From positions 660-64,659 of IMG/VR virus record IMGVR_UViG_3300020191_000010: a stretch of 64,000 nucleotides of DNA. One strand, 5' to 3'. The notes under the pieces are model-generated. The model did no database searches, was not told the origin of the DNA, and saw only the letters and a list, made by a program, of their open reading frames with translations. The position numbers and the translations under genes are program-made. Within the stretch, counting starts at the first letter, position 1. The number at the start of each line of letters is the position of its first letter. Source of the DNA: a virus. Taxonomy: Duplodnaviria > Caudoviricetes. Positions 61,769 to 64,000 of the stretch are shown here, one piece after another.

Positions 61769-62517
61769 GATTTTTTAAAGACTTTGAAGAAGTACAGTAT
61801 CGATTTGGTAATGAAACTTCAAATGTACTTTTCCAAAATTTGACTGCATATGCTGATATTGTAGATCAGATTAAGGATGATGCTGGCCTCTATCAATTTG
61901 AGCAAATTCATGAAGGATTTAGACCAGACCAAGTTTCAATTAGATTATATGGAACACCACTTTATTATTGGACTTTCTATTTAATGAATGATAACCTAAG
62001 ATTACAAGGTTGGCCACTTACGAACAGAGAATTAGAAGCAAAGGTAAAGAAAGATTATCCTGGAACATCTATTACTACTCGAAATAATCTTACAGGGATT
62101 TTTAAAATTGGTCGTACTGTAGTCGGATCCCAGTCTGGTGCAACTGGTCAAATCTTTCATAGAAATTTAAGCTTGGGTCAAATAGTAGTTACGGGGGATT
62201 TAGAATTTAAAATTAATCCAAGTCCAGAAGCTGTAACTAGTACCTACCAAACTCCAGGTGGAACACAGGCAACAACAACAGAGACTATTAATCTTTCTAG
62301 CTATTCACCATATTATAATGCTGCACATCATTATATCGATGGAAATGGAAATTGGACAGACTTTGATCCTCAGGTTGGGCCAGGTGCACAATTAACAGAA
62401 GTAACTAATTTCGATCATTACATTAATGAAAATGATGCATTAAGAACTATTCGAGTTATTAGACCTGGTTTAATCGGTGATATAGTTTCTGCGCATAAGA
62501 AATCCATAAGGTCATAA
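61765..62517 (+). CDS. 53: Baseplate wedge gp53
   Basis: 'RPD.VS..LYG...YYW...L.N', 'WP', 'HHY', 'N...R.I.V'. Confidence 0.85.
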   Translation: MRFFKDFEEVQYRFGNETSNVLFQNLTAYADIVDQIKDDAGLYQFEQIHEGFRPDQVSIRLYGTPLYYWTFYLMNDNLRLQGWPLTNRELEAKVKKDYPGTSITTRNNLTGIFKIGRTVVGSQSGATGQIFHRNLSLGQIVVTGDLEFKINPSPEAVTSTYQTPGGTQATTTETINLSSYSPYYNAAHHYIDGNGNWTDFDPQVGPGAQLTEVTNFDHYINENDALRTIRVIRPGLIGDIVSAHKKSIRS

Positions 62518-62518
62518 T

Positions 62519-63883
62519 ATGAAAAGCTCTGAAGAAAAGAGTTCCTATCAGTTTGAATCTGTAATACTTTCTTCCGATAGACTTAAGAATGGTCTTGAAG
62601 TTGATATCTCAAATTCTATATCTGATCTTGAAATATTTGAACATATAGAAAAGCCATACTTAACTGGTCAGATTGCATTTTCAGATAATGATAATCTTGT
62701 ATCAGGTTTCGATTTTCAAGGTGGGGAAAGAATTACTATTAATATGAGTCCTACTAATTTAGTAGAAGAAGGTAGAATAACATCCAAAGTTTTTCGTGTA
62801 GAAAAGATTATGGGGACTTATAAATCTAATGATAAAAACGAAGCAGTATTTTTAAAATTAATAGAAGACATAGGATATACTTCAAGTGTTAAAAATGTAA
62901 ATAAATCTTATCAAGGAAGCCCTATAACTATTATTCAGAATATATTATCTTCCTATATTAATAAAGATCTTTTGTATTCTAGTGATGAATATAAAGGAAG
63001 AATGAAGGTGGTAGTTCCAAATCTTCATCCTATTGAAGCTGCTATGTGGATTAAGAATAGAACTACTAGTGAGGATGGTTTACCCTTTTACCTATATTCC
63101 GTGTTCGGAGATAATTATTTAAGGATGATCGATCTAGGACATATGTTAAGACAAACCCCTATTAACGTTTCAGCCCCTTATGTATATTGGCAGAATGCAG
63201 CAAATACCTTAACTTCTTTTACTGCGTTTACTGCTATTCAAAATTATAAACATGAAGAAAATGATAATCTTCTTCGATTAATACGTTCAGGAGTAGTAGG
63301 ATCTAAATATAATTTTTATGACACTATGAACGCTTTACCTCAGCAAGTAGATTTTGCAGTTGACAATGATGTATTCGAAATGTTAGCTACCTCAGACTAT
63401 TTTAAAAATGGACAGGAAAGATTTAACTATGGTCCAAATTTTCAAATTGATGAAGTTAAAATTAGTGACTATAATTCGAATGTAATATCTCAAATATCAA
63501 ATGGTGGTACTTATGATGGCGCAGGTGGATTTAAAACTCTTCATCAAGAACCAGATTCAGGATCACATAAAAGAAAAATAATAGGAAAAGCTCTTAAAAA
63601 CTTTATGACAAAAAATCCCCTTATTATCCAAGTAAGAGGTGATGACTTTTTAAAGGGTGAAGAAAATAGAGAAGGAATTTATAACTATACTATCGGAAAT
63701 GTAGTTAGAATTTTATTTAAAGATAATTCTGCAGATGATCCAGATTCTCCAAAATTTGATAGAAAGAAATCAGGGGACTATATAATATATGCGGCAAGAC
63801 ATATGATTAAAGCAGAAAGATATGATGTAAGCCTACTTTGTGCTAAATTAGCATCTTATACAGAGGATCCTAAATTACAATGA
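62519..63883 (+). CDS. Baseplate hub protein (gp27-like)
   Basis: 'I.E.I..P.LTG.I...D', 'G.E.I.I', 'SG.Y.I....H'; lies between gp53 and gp5. Confidence 0.6.
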   Translation: MKSSEEKSSYQFESVILSSDRLKNGLEVDISNSISDLEIFEHIEKPYLTGQIAFSDNDNLVSGFDFQGGERITINMSPTNLVEEGRITSKVFRVEKIMGTYKSNDKNEAVFLKLIEDIGYTSSVKNVNKSYQGSPITIIQNILSSYINKDLLYSSDEYKGRMKVVVPNLHPIEAAMWIKNRTTSEDGLPFYLYSVFGDNYLRMIDLGHMLRQTPINVSAPYVYWQNAANTLTSFTAFTAIQNYKHEENDNLLRLIRSGVVGSKYNFYDTMNALPQQVDFAVDNDVFEMLATSDYFKNGQERFNYGPNFQIDEVKISDYNSNVISQISNGGTYDGAGGFKTLHQEPDSGSHKRKIIGKALKNFMTKNPLIIQVRGDDFLKGEENREGIYNYTIGNVVRILFKDNSADDPDSPKFDRKKSGDYIIYAARHMIKAERYDVSLLCAKLASYTEDPKLQ

Positions 63884-64000
63884 TACCGACGAATGAAAAT
63901 TTCTACGGTGATAGTACCAGGTGGTTTATTGGAAATGTTATTTCTATAAATGATCCACTAGAACTAGGTAGGGTAAAGATAAGAATCTTTGGGGTTCATA
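63880..64000 (+). CDS. 5: gp5 baseplate hub/spike, N-terminal OB domain (3'-truncated)
   Basis: MIPTNENFYGDSTRWFIGNVISINDPLELGRVKIRIFGVH... Confidence 0.88.
   Translation, partial: MIPTNENFYGDSTRWFIGNVISINDPLELGRVKIRIFGVH

Noticed and set aside
1-64000. Stop-codon reassignment
   Set aside because: Core genes are full length in the standard code and end in TAA, TAG or TGA; no suppressor tRNA was seen.
1-64000. Integrase, transposase, reverse transcriptase or rRNA
   Set aside because: No supporting motifs were recognised in any ORF or intergenic region.

Overview
A 64-kb, AT-rich segment of a large T4-like myovirus genome. Recognisable core genes include uvsX, gp41, gp32, gp33, RNase H, gp2, gp4, gp26/51, gp48, gp53, gp54 and the start of gp5. 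The host is probably a marine alphaproteobacterium, inferred from a circularly permuted two-piece tmRNA (GGCAGUA T-loop, tag ANDNFAPEMRLAA) together with PstS and a B12-dependent class II RNR. Accessory content includes: (1) a putative cytosine-modification operon (dCMP-type thymidylate-synthase homologue, AsnB-like amidotransferase, dCMP deaminase, UDG-like protein), with ThyX encoded separately; (2) a tmRNA whose 267-nt intervening segment is a stem-closed loop holding a 78-codon membrane-protein ORF; (3) a biosynthetic island (B12 radical SAM, two desaturases, four AspH-like oxygenases, SDR, sulfotransferase); (4) a late block of proteins with T4 capsid-targeting-like N-termini, some of them enzyme-like; (5) a glycosyl/methyl/sulfotransferase island; (6) three tRNAs flanking a structured ~190-nt RNA; (7) a likely -1 frameshift joining gp26 and gp51 just upstream of the tape-measure-like gene; (8) many copies of a GGGGTTTACA-N17-TATAAT early promoter cassette. 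All product calls come from motif recognition by eye; no searches were run.
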